A stretch of DNA of 64,000 bases from Azolla caroliniana (taxonomy: Eukaryota; Plantae; Polypodiophyta): assembly GCA_043228905.1 (NCBI GenBank), contig JBHGNT010000017.1:9114001-9178000 (forward strand), given 5' to 3'. The notes under the pieces were generated by a model, which saw only the letters and a list, made by a program, of their open reading frames with translations, did no database searches and had not been told where the DNA came from. Position 1 is the first letter of the stretch; each line of letters begins with the position of its first letter. Shown here piece by piece: positions 40,949-53,418 of this stretch. Made by a program: the position numbers and the translations under genes.

Positions 40949-41813
40949 AGTATAGGGGAAAGGGTAGGAGGATGAGGGAGAGTGACAAGTAGGCTAGAGG
41001 GAAAAAATTGGTTCAAACTGTCAGGAATAGTACTAAAACAGAGATGGAATTAGTACTAAGAAGAGTAGTACTATTAGTACTAAGAGGACGGGACTGCGTA
41101 AGATTCCCGAGAGAGAGGAAGTGAGAAGAGGAGAGAGAGAGAGAGGGAAATAGGATGATGACAGCAGCTCTTATATTATATGAAAGATAAGTACAAATCT
41201 ACTAAGAGGCTTAAGACTGGTGTTGAACCAATTTGGTTCAACATAATGCTTAGTGCCTTCTTTTATAGTGTTCTCAGGAATAATCCTGAAGCTTCTAGAA
41301 TGTTCCAGAGAAATCTGGAATATACATTACTTTCTTATAATAAAACATAAATGAAAATAATATTCTATGAATTACAATAGATGGTGAGATGGTTAAGAGC
41401 TCGACCCATATACCATAAGGTCATGGGTTCGAGGCTGTAGAAGACGGTTGCATTGTCAACCACAGAGGTGGAGTACATGGCGGCTGTGGAAGCCGGCAAG
41501 GAAATATTATGGATGAAGGACTTCATCGGAGAGCTCGGTATCCGGCAAGAGGAATACCGACTCTATTGCGATAGTCAAAGTGCCATCCACCTTGCTAAGA
41601 ATGCGGCCTACCATTCTCGGACGAAGCATATCCAGCAAAGATATCATTGGATCCGGGAAAGAGTAGATGACCAGGAGTTCGCACTGACGAAGATCCACAC
41701 GGCCGAGAACGGGTCAAATATGCTGACCAAAGTGCTGACACCCGACAAGCTGAACGCGTGCCGGAAGAGGATCGGACTGGTAAGACACCCCATGCCGGAG
41801 TGAAGGGGGAGTT

Positions 41814-42845
41814 TGTTGGGAGACAGGTCCCTCCGGATGGTGCATACCCGGTATGAACCAAATGAGGAGTACTCGGCTACGGAGAGCCGTATGGTGCAGA
41901 CCCGGTATGAACCGGATGAGGAGTACCCGGCTACGGAGAGCCGGATGGTGCAGACCCGGTATGAACCAGATGAGGAGTACCCGGCTACGGAGAACCGGAT
42001 GGTGCAATTATGGCTGTCACAGGAGAAGTACGTGACAAAGGTTCTTCACCGGTTCAACATGTCAGATGCGAAACCGGTCGGATCGACACTTCCGGCAACC
42101 TGCAGGTTATCCGGTAAGCAAAGCCTGAAGACGAAAGCAAAGAAGGCGGATATGATGAAGATTCCATATGCCTCTGCCGTCGGGAGCTTAATGTACGCAA
42201 TGGTGTGTACCCGACCGGATATAGGATACACAGTTGGAGTGGTGAGCCGGTTCATGAGCAATCTCGGCAAGGAGCACTGGAATGCGGTCAAATGGATACT
42301 CCGGTACTTGAAGGGCACTTCGCTTATGTGTCTCCGATTCAGCTCCGGAAAACCTCAACTTGATGGTTTTCCCGATTCGGACATGTCGTCTGATGTGGAT
42401 ACCAGCCGGTCCACATCCGGGTATGTAATGACATATGCAGGGGGAGCTGTTTCGTGGTAGTCAAGACTGCAGAAGACGGTTGCGTTGTCAACCACAGAGG
42501 CGGAGTACATGGCGGCTGTGGAAGCCGGCAATGAAATCTTATGGATGAAGGACTTCATTGGAGAGCTCGGTATCCGGCAAGATGAATACCGGCTCTATTG
42601 CGACAGTCAAAGTGCCATCCACCTTGCTAAGAATGTGGCCTACCATTCTCGGACGAAGCATATTCAACGAAGGTATCACTGGATCCGAGAAAGAGTAGAT
42701 GACCAGGAGTTCGCGCTGACGAAGATCCACACGGCCGAGAACGGGTCAGACATGCTGACCAAAGTGTTGATACCCGACAAGTTGGATGCATGCCGGAAGC
42801 GGATCGTACTGGTAAGACACCCCATGCCGGAGTGAAGGGGGATTT
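41814..42845 (+). repeat. Partial extra LTR fused to a second copy of the RT-end/RNase H region of the Copia B family
   Basis: LTR start TGTTGGGAGACAGG at 41814 after a PPT; QLWLSQEKYV...RHPMPE repeated with substitutions. Confidence 0.85.
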
Positions 42846-45800
42846 TGTTGGGAGACAGGTCCCTCCGGATGGGAAGGGAGAAGAACAGTGTTGTTAAGCA
42901 AACTCGGCTACGGAGAGCCGGATGGTGCAGACCCGGTGAGAATCGCTCTCCGGATGAAGAGACATATTCATAAATATGTTTCTGAGAGTCCATCATGGCT
43001 ATATTTTGTAAATAGCCAAAAAGTCATATTAGTATAAATATGACTTAGGGCAAACTTTTATATGTGTGTGTTGTTATTCTTGTCTGGGTGAGATCAGAGC
43101 GTGTAACTGTGTACAGAGAGAGAGAGAGAGAGAGAGGAAGAGGTTGTTGCCTCTGTTGTAACCGCCGCCTATGGCGAAGATAGAAAGCTCAAGGTCGTTG
43201 CCTCGGTGCTTTACTGTTGTACAATGTAACATAGTGATAGTTTGCAGCCTGTGGGCTGCCGTGGTTTTTTTTCCTAGTTTGGGTTTTTTTCCACGTAAAC
43301 ATCCTGTGTAATCTTCTATTCACTGTGTCGTGCATTCTTACCTGTTTTCTGTGTATGATTCTAAGCTTGGTTGTGGCCGAGCGTTGCGTATACGGAGTGT
43401 GTAGTTCCCGTCAAAAATGGTGTTGTCGAACGTCAAAACCGAACAGTTGTTGAGATGGCTAGGTGTATGTTGAAGGCACAAGCATTACCTGACCCATTCT
43501 GGGCTGAAGTAGTGAATACAGTAGTTTACATCCTCAATCGGAGCTACACGAAGGCACTTCAAGGGAAAACACCCCACGAAGCTTATTTAGGCAAGAAACC
43601 TTCAGTGTTGCACTTCAAAACCTTTGGGGTACGTGCTACGCACATGTTCGAGATGTGAGCAGAAAGAAGTTGGATGCTAAAAGCAAGAAGTGTATCTTTC
43701 TCGAATATAGTGAAGAGTCAAACGCCTATCGACTCTATGATCGAGGGGTAAGAAAGATATTGACAAGCCCCAATGTGGTGCTTGATGAAGAACAACCACA
43801 GCTAGCTGAGAACAACGATTCTCAAGTTATCTCATCAACTGAAGAGGTATTTTACCCAATCCCGACCCATTTTCTAGAAAAGGAAGTTGAACCATCTTAT
43901 GGTAATGGGTCACTAGTTCAGCCTATGCCAGTCCGACATGTAAAGAAAATACCTAAGTGGGCTCAACAACTCTTCAATGACCGTACTCCTAAAGTTGAGT
44001 TTTCTAAAACTTCAACTAATGAATTACGAAGATCAAGAAGAATACAGGAGCAAGGGAGAACCTCTGACCACATTGTCAACATGGCTCTGATGGTGGACAT
44101 CATCGGCTCAGTGAGTGAGCTGACCTAGGTGGAGGAAGCCATGGGCAACCCGAAGTGGAAAGAGGCGATGATATCAGAATATGATAGCATCATGAAAAAT
44201 GACACATGGGAGTTGGCAGAGAGGCCAACAAAGAAGAAGGTGATAGGCACAAAGTGGGTGTGGAAAGTAAAGTATAAAGTTGATGGTTCTTTGGAGAAAT
44301 TCAAGGCCAGGCTAGTAGCCCAAGGATACTCCCAAATTGAAGGGTTTGAAGTACAAGAAACATTTGCCTCGACAGCTCGCATGACAACAATTCGAATGGT
44401 CATAGCGTTGGTCGATTTACCAAATGGATGTCAAATCAGCATTTCTGAATGGTCATGTCAAGGAGGAGTTATACGTGATGCAACCACCGGGGTTAGAGAT
44501 GCCGAATTCAGAAAACAAAGTATGCAAGCTGAAGAAGGCATTGTATGGTCTAAAGCAAGCACCAAGAGCTTGGAACAAGAGGATAGACAGCTTCTTACGA
44601 TCAATCGACTTTAAGCAATGTGCTTCGGATGCAAGTATGTATGTCAAAATGAAGGACGGGAAACAAGTCATCATCATCATTTACGTGGATGACCTAGTTC
44701 TTACTGGTGACCATGAAGAGTGCATTTGCCAAACACAAGAGTGTTTGAAAACTGAGTTTGAAATGACAGACTTGGGGATTCTACACTATTTCCTTGGAAT
44801 TGAGGTTTGGCAAACTTCAGTTGGCATCTTCATGTCACAAAGAAAGTATGCAACAGAGATCTTGAAGACCTTTGGGATGATGGACAGCAAGTCGAAGTCA
44901 ACTCCAATGGGTTCAAACTGCAAACTATCCCAAGAAGACCCATCACCAATGGTTGACATAAGGAAGTATAGACAGCTAGTACGAAGTCTAATTTTCCTAT
45001 GCAACACTAGGCCGGATATTTGTTTTGCAGTCAATGTGGTGAGTCGATTCAACAACAAGCCGAAGGAGACTCATTGCAAAGCTTATCTTCATGTATTAAA
45101 GTACATTGTGGGTACTTTAAATTACAGAATCTTCTACAAGCCAACAATTGACGAACTTAGTGGGTATTGCGACTCCACTGGGCTGGAGATAGGGATTCCA
45201 GAAAATCAGTTCTGGAGCTGTTTCATGGAGTAGTAAAAAACAACCAACAGTGGCACTATCTTCAACGGAGGCAGAATACAAAGCAGCATGCATAGAGGCA
45301 TGCAAGGTAGTTTGGCTAAGAAGAATCATTACGGATGTGGCATTTCCAATAAGGATGACAATGGTATTGAGGTGTGACAATCAGAGTTGCATGGCCATTG
45401 CCAAGAACCCCGTATTTCATGCACATACTAAACACATAGAGATTCAATATCACTATGTGCAGGAGCTAATAAATGATGAGACTGTGGAGCTTGAGTATTG
45501 TCCGACATCAGAAAATGTTGCGGATATCTTCACAAAGGCGCTTGGAGCAGAATAGTTACAACAACACCTTCGACGACTAGGAGTTGGTCCAATTCCAAGT
45601 GAACTCAATGGGTTGATCATTGAGGGGGGGTGTTAGATATAATCAATGATCAGCCCCAAGTTGTAAATCTATCCCCATATGTGCTCTTAGAGTGCACATT
45701 TTGTTATAGCGCCCCAAATGAGGAGCGGCTAGTGTGCAACTCAACCATATGGGTCGATAAGGTGTTAATCTAGGAAACCATAGATGCATAGGACACAATG

Positions 45801-46544
45801 TATTTAGGAAAGAGAGAAATAGGTAATAGGATTGGCTAATCAAGTCAACTAGAATATTTTGTGGGCAAGTTACGATGTACTTAGTCTTGAAGTATGCGTC
45901 ATTGACTTCAAGATTTGTACTATCTAGCACTAGCATGTACCTAGGGAGTTGGTCATATTAAATGACAAGTCAGTTGACAGAAAAGGAATATCTCCACTAC
46001 TATCAACTGACTTCTACATTTAATGTTATACTTAGACCAAACATAGAAAGCAATCCACTTTCTTTTCATAGTGGTTGGCTTGATTATCAGTCCCTACTAA
46101 TGTTGTAGTGAGCTAGTCCATATCCTATCTAAGCTCTAAGGTATGAGCGTATGGGAAAACTACCATTTTGAGCTACTCTCTTATGTAATAGAAGTTTTGT
46201 TTTCATATATCCCATCTCTGTAGTTGTAACTCTATATACCTATCTAATCGATTCTCAATATTTCTAACACTATTCCCCATGTTCCACTATGTCAGAAACC
46301 AAAGTTCAAATATTTGAGTATTCTCATATATTAAATGACATGTATTTAACTAATAAAACATAAAATTTCGTAAACCATCCTTATGATTTTCCCACAAAAA
46401 ACTAGCTAAACAAAAAGCTAATTAGTTGTGGCCATTTTAGTAGCTAATTAGCTATAATAGTGTTTCCACTCGCATGCTTTTACCCTCTTATTAATACTTC
46501 GGTATTTACATTTGTTTGTACATAAGACCTAGTTCATGTCCATA

Positions 46545-47510
46545 CATGCATACCCTTGTTCACACATATCCTACGGACCTTTCTCCTAGTGGCCGGAATC
46601 CTCTGGTATGTGCCAATTTGTGAAGCAGTGGAGAATTCCGGATTGACCCTTACCCATCCTCCACCGATCCGTTGCCAATCCGATCCTTCTCTGGCACCTC
46701 ATCCATGTCTTCATCCTCACCTTCGGATCCGATTTTGCCTCTTGTAGCTTCTTGAAGAACTTAATCTGCTTTCCGACAACCGACATTGCTATCTTGGCCC
46801 CATCTTGCAAACTTCCGCGCCAACCGGTGTTGGCTGTCAAGGCTAATATCCTAGATCAGCACCCAGTCGCCTTCTTCGATCTTCCTTGGCCTTCGGATTG
46901 AACTGTTCCTTGTTTTTCACCCGCGCCTCCTTCACCCTCTCCTTTTCTCGCTCTATGTCTTCAGATCGCCATGTACCCTATTATCGAATTATGTGTACCT
47001 AGTTACTGAATTTTGCGTAGTTCGGTTAGCCCACAATACATATGGTAGTAGCCAAGGCCAATTTCCGATTTGACAATTATGTGTGTGTACGATGGCCTTC
47101 ACAATCGAACCATGCCCTCTTTCTACCTTCCCATTGGCCTTCAGATTGTATGTTGTTGTAAGAGAGAGCTTAAACCCTAATCATTCGAATAGTTCCATTG
47201 CTTCATGTACATCTAGCTCCCCTCGGTCGGCCACGATTTTTCTCATGCACCCGTACCGGCAAATCACATCTTCAACGAGGAACCGGCATAGGGCCACTAT
47301 CGTCTTGTTCGTCAAGGCTCGCCCTTCCACCAGGTTCGTCATATCCTTCCTCGCAATTACTAGGTACCTCATCTGGCCTACCCCCATCTCCATTGTTACT
47401 AATTTAACCATCCGAATGGTTGGCAAGTAGGTAGGATGCAACTCATCACAATGTCGGATTCTGGAATGTACTTGACAACTCTCACATGTCGTCATGACGC
47501 CTTTGCTCAC
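46545..47510 (-). mobile_element. Gypsy integrase remnant related to the 1-6855 family
   Basis: CRFLVEDVICRYGC...DRGEL motif. Confidence 0.75.
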
Positions 47511-49000
47511 GTTCCACTCCTTTGGAAATGGGTGCTAATGTTGCTTGCCAAATTCGCAGGCGGCACATACACCTTCAATCTCTTTCTCCTTTTGATTGCA
47601 TTGCCTTGAGCTTTTGGAGGTTGATATGGCCAATCCGCTTGTGCCATAACTCTATGTGGGAATAGACTTTCGTGCCCTTTGCGAACATGGCCGATTTCAT
47701 CTCGTGCGAGTCAAGAATGAACATTCGGCCCTTTCTTCGTCCACGAGCGATGACTCGGCCCGCTTTTTCAATGAAGCAACCTCCTTGATTAAATCGTACT
47801 TGCATCTCTTGCTCAACAATTTGGCCAACAGAGACCAAATTCTTCATAATCGTTGGTACATGCAAGACATTATTAATAAAACTTTGGTTACCTTCTTTGC
47901 TGAATGGGACACTGCCAATGTTTCAAATCAAATGCATAGTGTCGTCTCTGGTTTCGACATAGTCGGGTCGGTCCAACTCTCGTAGTTCTGGGAACCATTC
48001 TTGATGAGACGTCATATGGTTCGAGGCACCAGAATCAACGAACCATACGTCTTCCGGACTAGATACGCTATTCAAAGTAGAAGCTGACATAGAATTTGCT
48101 CTATGTATCATCACGAACATTCCACCATGATCTTCATAGTTGGAGTTGGTGGCATAATTGGTGAGTTGTCGGCTTGTGGAAGCCGACTCACGCGTCTTCT
48201 TACGACACTCTTCTTCGTGGTGACCGATTTTTCCACAATATTCGCATTCGACTGAGTTTTTTCGGCTCGGACCATAATGGAAGCTCCCCCTTCTTCAAAG
48301 GCTCCTCGATGGCTTCTGTCTTGATGCCGAAATTGCGAGTTGTTTTCGTAAATCGGGCCTCGTCCGCCTCGTCCTTGGCCGAATCGACCTCTTCTTGCAT
48401 GGTCATGTCGTCTTCCTACGTCTGAGTGTGAGTAAAGCATGTGGCCTTCCGAGGCGTTGATCCTTGTTCGAACATGGTTTTCTTCGAGCAACAACATGGA
48501 TTGAAGATCGAAGAAGGAGGGTGGATTCTCCCGTGCTAGTAGTCCTCATCGAGCCGAACCATGGTGTAAGGCCGTCGAGGCATATTTGCACCATCTCATC
48601 ATCGTCCACATTGACTCTTACCAAGCCGAGCGAGTCACAAAGCTCCTTGATCTTCAAGGTGTAGATTGTGATGGACATATCCCTTTGTTGGATGTTGTTC
48701 AACTCCTGGTGGAGTTGAAGCTTTCTCGCGGTTATGTTGGCGGCGAAAATCTTTCGTAGATTCTCCCATGCTTCCTTTGGCGTCTTAGGTTCTCCAATGT
48801 AGCCAAGCATGTGGTCGTGACCACATGTCGCCAAGCAATACATCACTCCGCTTGCCGCTTGCTCCCATGTTGTGTAGTCAGTGTCTTTCGGGCCAGATCG
48901 GTTTTCTTGTGCTCCTTTGATGTAACCCCAATAGCCTTGGCTGACATGATATTAGTGCATCTTGTACTCCCAAGATGCAAAGTTGTTTCGCCATTTGAGC
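47511..49000 (-). mobile_element. Copia gag-PR-GAG-pre-integrase remnant
   Basis: WFVDSGASNHM, LWHKRIGHIN, ARKLQLHQELNNIQQ. Confidence 0.8.
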
Positions 49001-49594
49001 TCATGTTTTCAACATGAGCTCAATATTGAGGGGTCGTTGGATCCCCAGTGGAAAATACAACTGTAGATAGAGATCCAGGTTCTTTCAATGAACCTAGACC
49101 TTCTAGGTGTAAATATTGTTGTTGATTACAATTTGGAGAACCTCCAAGTAAGTTAATGATTCTTGTTTCTTGTTGTGCTATCTTCCTCATTATTAAGGAA
49201 TGATAAATCGGTAAATTTCTCGGCTAGGTTCTAGGAATAATACTCCCGTCAAGAACAGGTAGTTAGTTGCCTTAAGAAGCAACTACATTTTGTTGAGGGG
49301 ATGGTAAGGAGCTGACAAGAATTGGACCTCAACATTCTTGCTCCCTTACTAAACGAAGGAGAACCATGCAACGATATATTGATTGTTCAAGCACGTTGCA
49401 TCACTTGCGGCTTAGGCGTAGAGGACAAAAGTACTACTCTGTTGGTACACCTACGACCATGCCAACAGACATACCATATCGTTTGTTTTCAATATGCATG
49501 TCGCTTTGCTACAGTCTATTTGGGGGATTGCAATACAACTCTCCCAGATGAGTGGAGAAAACTGACAGGGAAAATTGTTGCTTGTCTCTATAGT

Positions 49595-50118
49595 GTAGTA
49601 GCTAATTAGTTACATCTTAGTTAATTAGGTAGAATAGTATAAAGTGCAATAGCTATTTAGCTGTTATGGTTCAGTAGTGGTATAAAGTGTAGTAGCTAAT
49701 TAGCTACAATGTAATGTTATACTGCTTAGCTAAGCAATACCAAGAATGGTAGCTAATTAGCTATTTCCATAATAAGTAGAATAGCTAATTAGCCAATATG
49801 TAGCTAATTAGCTACTGCTAGCCTATAGTCTAGGAGCTAATTAGCTACAATGTAGCTAATCATCTACTAGCAATCTATAGTCTAGCAACTAATTAGCTAA
49901 GATGTAGCTAATTAGCTCCTAGACTATAGGTTGGCAGTAACTAATTAGCTACTGTGATAGTTAAGAAGAATAGCAAGTTAGCTAAGATGTAGCTAATTAG
50001 CTTCTACCAGCCTATAGTCTAGGAGCTAATTAGTTAAGTGGTTGTTAATTAGCTACTCCCATACTTAAGTAGAATAGCTAATTAGCTAAGATGTAGCTAA
50101 TTAGCTACTGCCAACCTA
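49595..50118. repeat. Dense TAGCTAATTAGCTA palindrome array (a short copy also at ~46400-46460)
   Basis: More than a dozen perfect or near-perfect units, with spacer motifs in both orientations (GCCTATAGTCTAG / CTAGACTATAGG). Confidence 0.85.
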
Positions 50119-50418
50119 TCTTTCGACGAAAGATCAAAGTTTGCCAAACCTTCAATGTTCGACGAACCCATATCCTTCGACGAAAGGTCAAATTTCGACA
50201 AAAGATCATCCTGCATTGAAAGATTAGAGTTCGATAAGGGGAGCATCTTTCGACGAAAAGTCGAAGCTTGCCAAACCCACAAAGTTCGACGAAAGATCAT
50301 CTTTCAACGAACCTCCAAAGCTTGACAAGAGAACATGGCCGGATCCTCATGGACGGAGATGTTCAAAACCCGACCCACACGCCAGGAGGAGTCCACACAA
50401 ACCAACCAAACACATGGT

Positions 50419-50455
50419 AACACTGGGTCATTTGAAACAGGTAATATGTCGCATT
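50419..50455 (+). repeat. Left TIR
   Basis: AACACTGGGTCATTTGAAACAGGTAATATGTCGCATT. Confidence 0.9.
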
Positions 50456-50745
50456 ATGAGAACACTACGTCGAAAAAGGGCACAAAAGCACACAGTTTTC
50501 AAAAAGACACGACGCATGCATAAAGCTTTTCAGAAAAGGTGGCAAAATATATTGAATTTCAACATGACTACCACTTTGAGTCATAAGTAAAATGCCTCCA
50601 AAAATACATCACCAAAATTACAAAATAATGTACAACATGTCTACTAGTTACAATTATACATATTCGTGAGTTTACATCCAAAACAAATTTACAAAGTTGC
50701 CGATCATGTAGTAAAACAATCCCCAGCTTGAACCAAACCAATATA

Positions 50746-53418
50746 TTAAGACATGTCTGATGGACTAGAAGAGCATTCTGACGTCTCATCCTCATCATCA
50801 GTGGCAATCAAAGCATTATCCTCATCCAATTCCAACCCAACATCTTTGTGGTTATGAGAATTGCTTCTGGTTATTCTCTGTATTTCGTTTGACACCATGT
50901 TTGGGATTTTCTCCTTTATTATCTTGATAGTTGCTTGTCTTAGATGACCTAATTTTGTCAATGAGAAGTCATATACTAGTATGTCAACACGGTCTAGTGC
51001 GAGAGTAGCCGTGCTCGGTATATTCTTTCTTCTTCTCTTTCTGCTTGAACATCCGACATCCTTAACCATCTCCAAAGAATACTTTCCTGTAAATGCATCA
51101 GTTGAATTTGTCTGATACCAATGGACTACTATTGACTTTGTCTGACTACTTTCTTCATCCCTTACTAATTCAATAATTTTTGCAATCCAAAATGGATGGC
51201 CCAAGGTATCGTCCCCTGCTAATGTTGCAACCAACATTCCCACTTGTAGTTCTTGCAAATTACCTTGCCATCTTGCCTCAACAGTACGTGACTTTCTTGG
51301 TCCCACATAAATATCTCTTTGCAGTGGCCGAACTAAATCATGAAGCTCCATATTATTCGATTGTTGGTGATGAGTCTGCGATATCGTTGATGTCATCCCA
51401 ATGTTCCATGTGAATGGGATACGGATTGGCCATAAACCAGCGATGTAATTATCTAAAATGGTGCGTTGATGGGTGAAGAAAATCTCCCACCATTCAACAT
51501 CCTCATCACCGGCATACTTCTTAGTCCGATCAATATTATTTTGTTTCTCTGCTAGACATCTCAACCAATATGCCCTTTGTTCATCAATAGTACTATTTGG
51601 TGCTACATTTTTACGATCATCATATGGCATTTGTTGTGCACCATGTAGAGGTTCATCTGGGATATGAAGAAGGAGCCTACAACCTTCTTGGGGCTCCCAT
51701 TGTGCACTAGATGAGTATTGTTTCGCAAACAACACCGTCATCTTCAGGTGGGCCGATCTTTGTTTTATGAGGAAGACATGGTTGAAACTTATATTATTAA
51801 GAGGTGCAAGCACCCTACCTTTAGTCCCGTCACTATCCATGCAGAAACGTTTAAAGTCATATACTTCTTCCAAGTGTTGTACTTCAGGCTTTGGTGTATA
51901 TGCTTCACTAATCAATTTGGATAGCGTGGGAAGTGTGAAAGCATTACAGCGAGCAAGTTTCTTTGAGAACCTACTGAACATTTGATCTATGTGATCATGG
52001 GTATGACCAACCAACAAGAAGTTAACCTTTATCTTTTTAAATATGCCCCTCTCTACTAGCATGCTTAAATAGCCGAAGACAGTTGAGTTCTTATTCTCTC
52101 TTGCTGTGTTGTCTAGTTGCACATATAGAACTGGCGGGAGTATACCTGACCATGATTGCAATACCCTGTGCATGACAGTGACAATAAGATTAGGGTCGTT
52201 GTGGATATTGGGATAAGTTAAGAACACTTGCGGTCTTATAGTTTGACAGTATGTCAAACAACCCACTAGATGCATTTGCACGAGACACTCATCTCCAATA
52301 TCCTTGGGGAGTCTTTGAAAATGCGGCAAACAAGTTTTCTTTTGATCCATGCCGTCAATAATCATGCACATATACTTTTCGGGAGATTGAAACGCTTTTT
52401 GTCGGTGATGCATAGCCTTAGTACGTTCCAATGCCTGACTTTCACGATGTTCTTTTAACAGGTTCCTGTAATTCTTGATCTCTACATCTGATTTTCCACC
52501 CTTGGCCATACTTTTTAAACTCGCACATATTGAGCAAACTCCCATTCGCACCTTTCGTGGGATAACCACGTTATTAAATTGTAACCTCCATAGTCGATTA
52601 AAATGCATGTACTGTATGTAAGGCTCAACATCGGAAGACATGTCGTCCTTGTATGATTGGTAAACTTCCCTTCGAGTAAAGTTATCTGACAAATGAAGTC
52701 TTCCTGTCGTTGGCATAACTTCGCACTGTTTTGAAAAATATACCTCCATCCACCTAATTGCCTGTTGCCCAATTTGACCCTTACATCCAGAACCATTTTG
52801 ATCGAACTGTACCCAGGAGCCCTTCACAAGTCACTCTTGAACTCATTGCAGCCGCATATTTCCAATGCTATGAGTGATTTTAAAAGCTGCTCGACAACAC
52901 TTGGTATATAGTCCAAGGAAATATTCAACTTGCGTTGAATTAGGCCCTGCTTTGTGATCCAATTTAAGTTGCATATGTGCAAGAAGAAATGTATCTTGCT
53001 CTTCCCCAATAAGCGACAAGTATTTTTGTCGTGTTTCACGTAACCTTGACTTTCCATAAGTTGATAGACAGAGATTCGCACAACACGATTTGTTCAAGTC
53101 GCATAGAAGTTGACGATCAGAACATAAGAAATTAAATCTCTTTTCACTAACTTGTCGAGGAACTCTTTTAAATGCTAGAGGTTTAGTAATGCTATTGTTA
53201 TCTATCGACGAAGAATCGTCCGCTTGTAAGCTTGCATGAAGAGGGCCATCAACAGGATCAATTGAAAACAGAGAATTCGAAGTACTAGGAGCCACACTTT
53301 TCTGTTTAAGCCGCGAATGTTTTTTGTGGTCGTACTCTTCTATTGAGAAATACAAGTTATCTGACAATGAAAAGGGGGCAATAGAAAAAAGAGATGTTCT
53401 ACTTGTAGAAGAAGACAT
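50746..53418 (-). pseudogene. Sola1-like (DUF7869-type) transposase, 890 aa, intronless, two in-frame TGA stops
   Basis: ORFs 52843-53418 and 50746-52827 are in one frame. N-terminal CC..C/CCRAAF, CSIC, IIDGMDQ, LQLDN-like LYVQLDNTARENKN, FLLVGHTHDHIDQMFS. Confidence 0.8.

Larger units (their letters stand above)
35546..41433 (-). mobile_element. Chromovirus (Tcn1/Tf1-like) Gypsy element C inserted in Copia B
   Basis: LTRs 35546-35978 and 41019-41433 look identical; left TSD GTCGA; gag, PR (LLDSGA), RT (YLDD), RH, IN, chromodomain. Confidence 0.95.
31094..43413 (+). mobile_element. Copia element B inserted in the integrase of Copia A
   Basis: TSD AAAAT at 31089-31093 and 43414-43418 (removal restores YSPQQNGVVER); LTRs 31094-31864 and 42846-43413; iMet PBS TGGTATCAGAGC; gag-PR-IN-RT-RH. 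Confidence 0.93.
29171..46269 (+). mobile_element. Copia element A (outer element of a triple nest)
   Basis: TSD CTATT at 29166-29170 and 46270-46274; 5' LTR 29171-~29602 (deleted into gag); 3' LTR 45631-46269 after PPT GAGGGGGGG; PR WILDSG, RT YVDD, RH. Confidence 0.92.

Noticed and set aside
49595-50118. CRISPR array
   Set aside because: The repeat is only 14 bp, the spacers are short, variable and related to each other, there are no cas genes, and the context is eukaryotic.
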